Positions 63,901-64,000 of a DNA stretch of 64,000 nucleotides are shown piece by piece. A program made the position numbers and the translations under genes. The notes beneath the pieces were generated by a model. The model did no database searches. It saw only the letters and a list, made by a program, of their open reading frames with translations, and was not told where the DNA came from. The stretch's first letter is position 1. Each line of letters begins with the position of its first letter. This stretch comes from Eledone cirrhosa (taxonomy: Eukaryota): the NCBI GenBank assembly GCA_964016885.1, contig OZ024744.1, forward strand, positions 29,822,001 through 29,886,000. Direction: 5' to 3'.

Positions 63901-64000
63901 GATAGTTTGCCACACAGTTGGATTGAAAAATGTTTAGATATTTTCAAAATATCCCCCGTTGTCAGGAGGTTTTTGTCATTCAGTATGAAGACATGCATGG
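60937..64000 (+). mobile_element. Divergent R4/Dong-clade retrotransposon copy E (disrupted ORF; runs off window end)
   Basis: Same GGGAAGAAGAC leader. ORF pieces 62100-62498, 62657-63469 and ~63470-64000 carry [34 protein letters not shown] and [11 protein letters not shown]-rich and not visibly alignable to copies B and D at the DNA level. Confidence 0.9.

Overview
Eukaryotic, repeat-saturated DNA with no recognisable host protein-coding gene. The tRNA-derived SINEs, dense microsatellites and zinc-finger RTE LINE ends resemble those of a coleoid cephalopod such as octopus; this is an inference, not shown by the sequence. The window holds five R4/Dong-clade (RT + RLE) non-LTR retrotransposons on the + strand, each abutting a (TAA)n tract. 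Four form a head-to-tail array at 47.5-64 kb, and one of these has an intact 1130-aa ORF. Several Tx1-clade (APE-RT) LINEs are present, including a full-length but disrupted copy flanked by (TAA)n on both sides in the opposite orientation. Other contents are a ~15-kb satellite of 44-46-bp units with higher-order structure, a 1.5-kb 47-49-bp tandem array, RTE 3' fragments with C2H2 fingers, a deleted mariner, fold-back repeats, an intron-containing tRNA-Lys(TTT)-like gene and a minimal hammerhead ribozyme. The most notable observations are three. First, one Dong subfamily differs from its sister subfamily mainly by sense-strand A-to-G changes, as expected if ADAR-edited RNA was reverse-transcribed and stayed mobile. 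Second, two unrelated retroelement clades share the TAA microsatellite on opposite strands. Third, one 5' leader is shared by highly divergent Dong ORFs.
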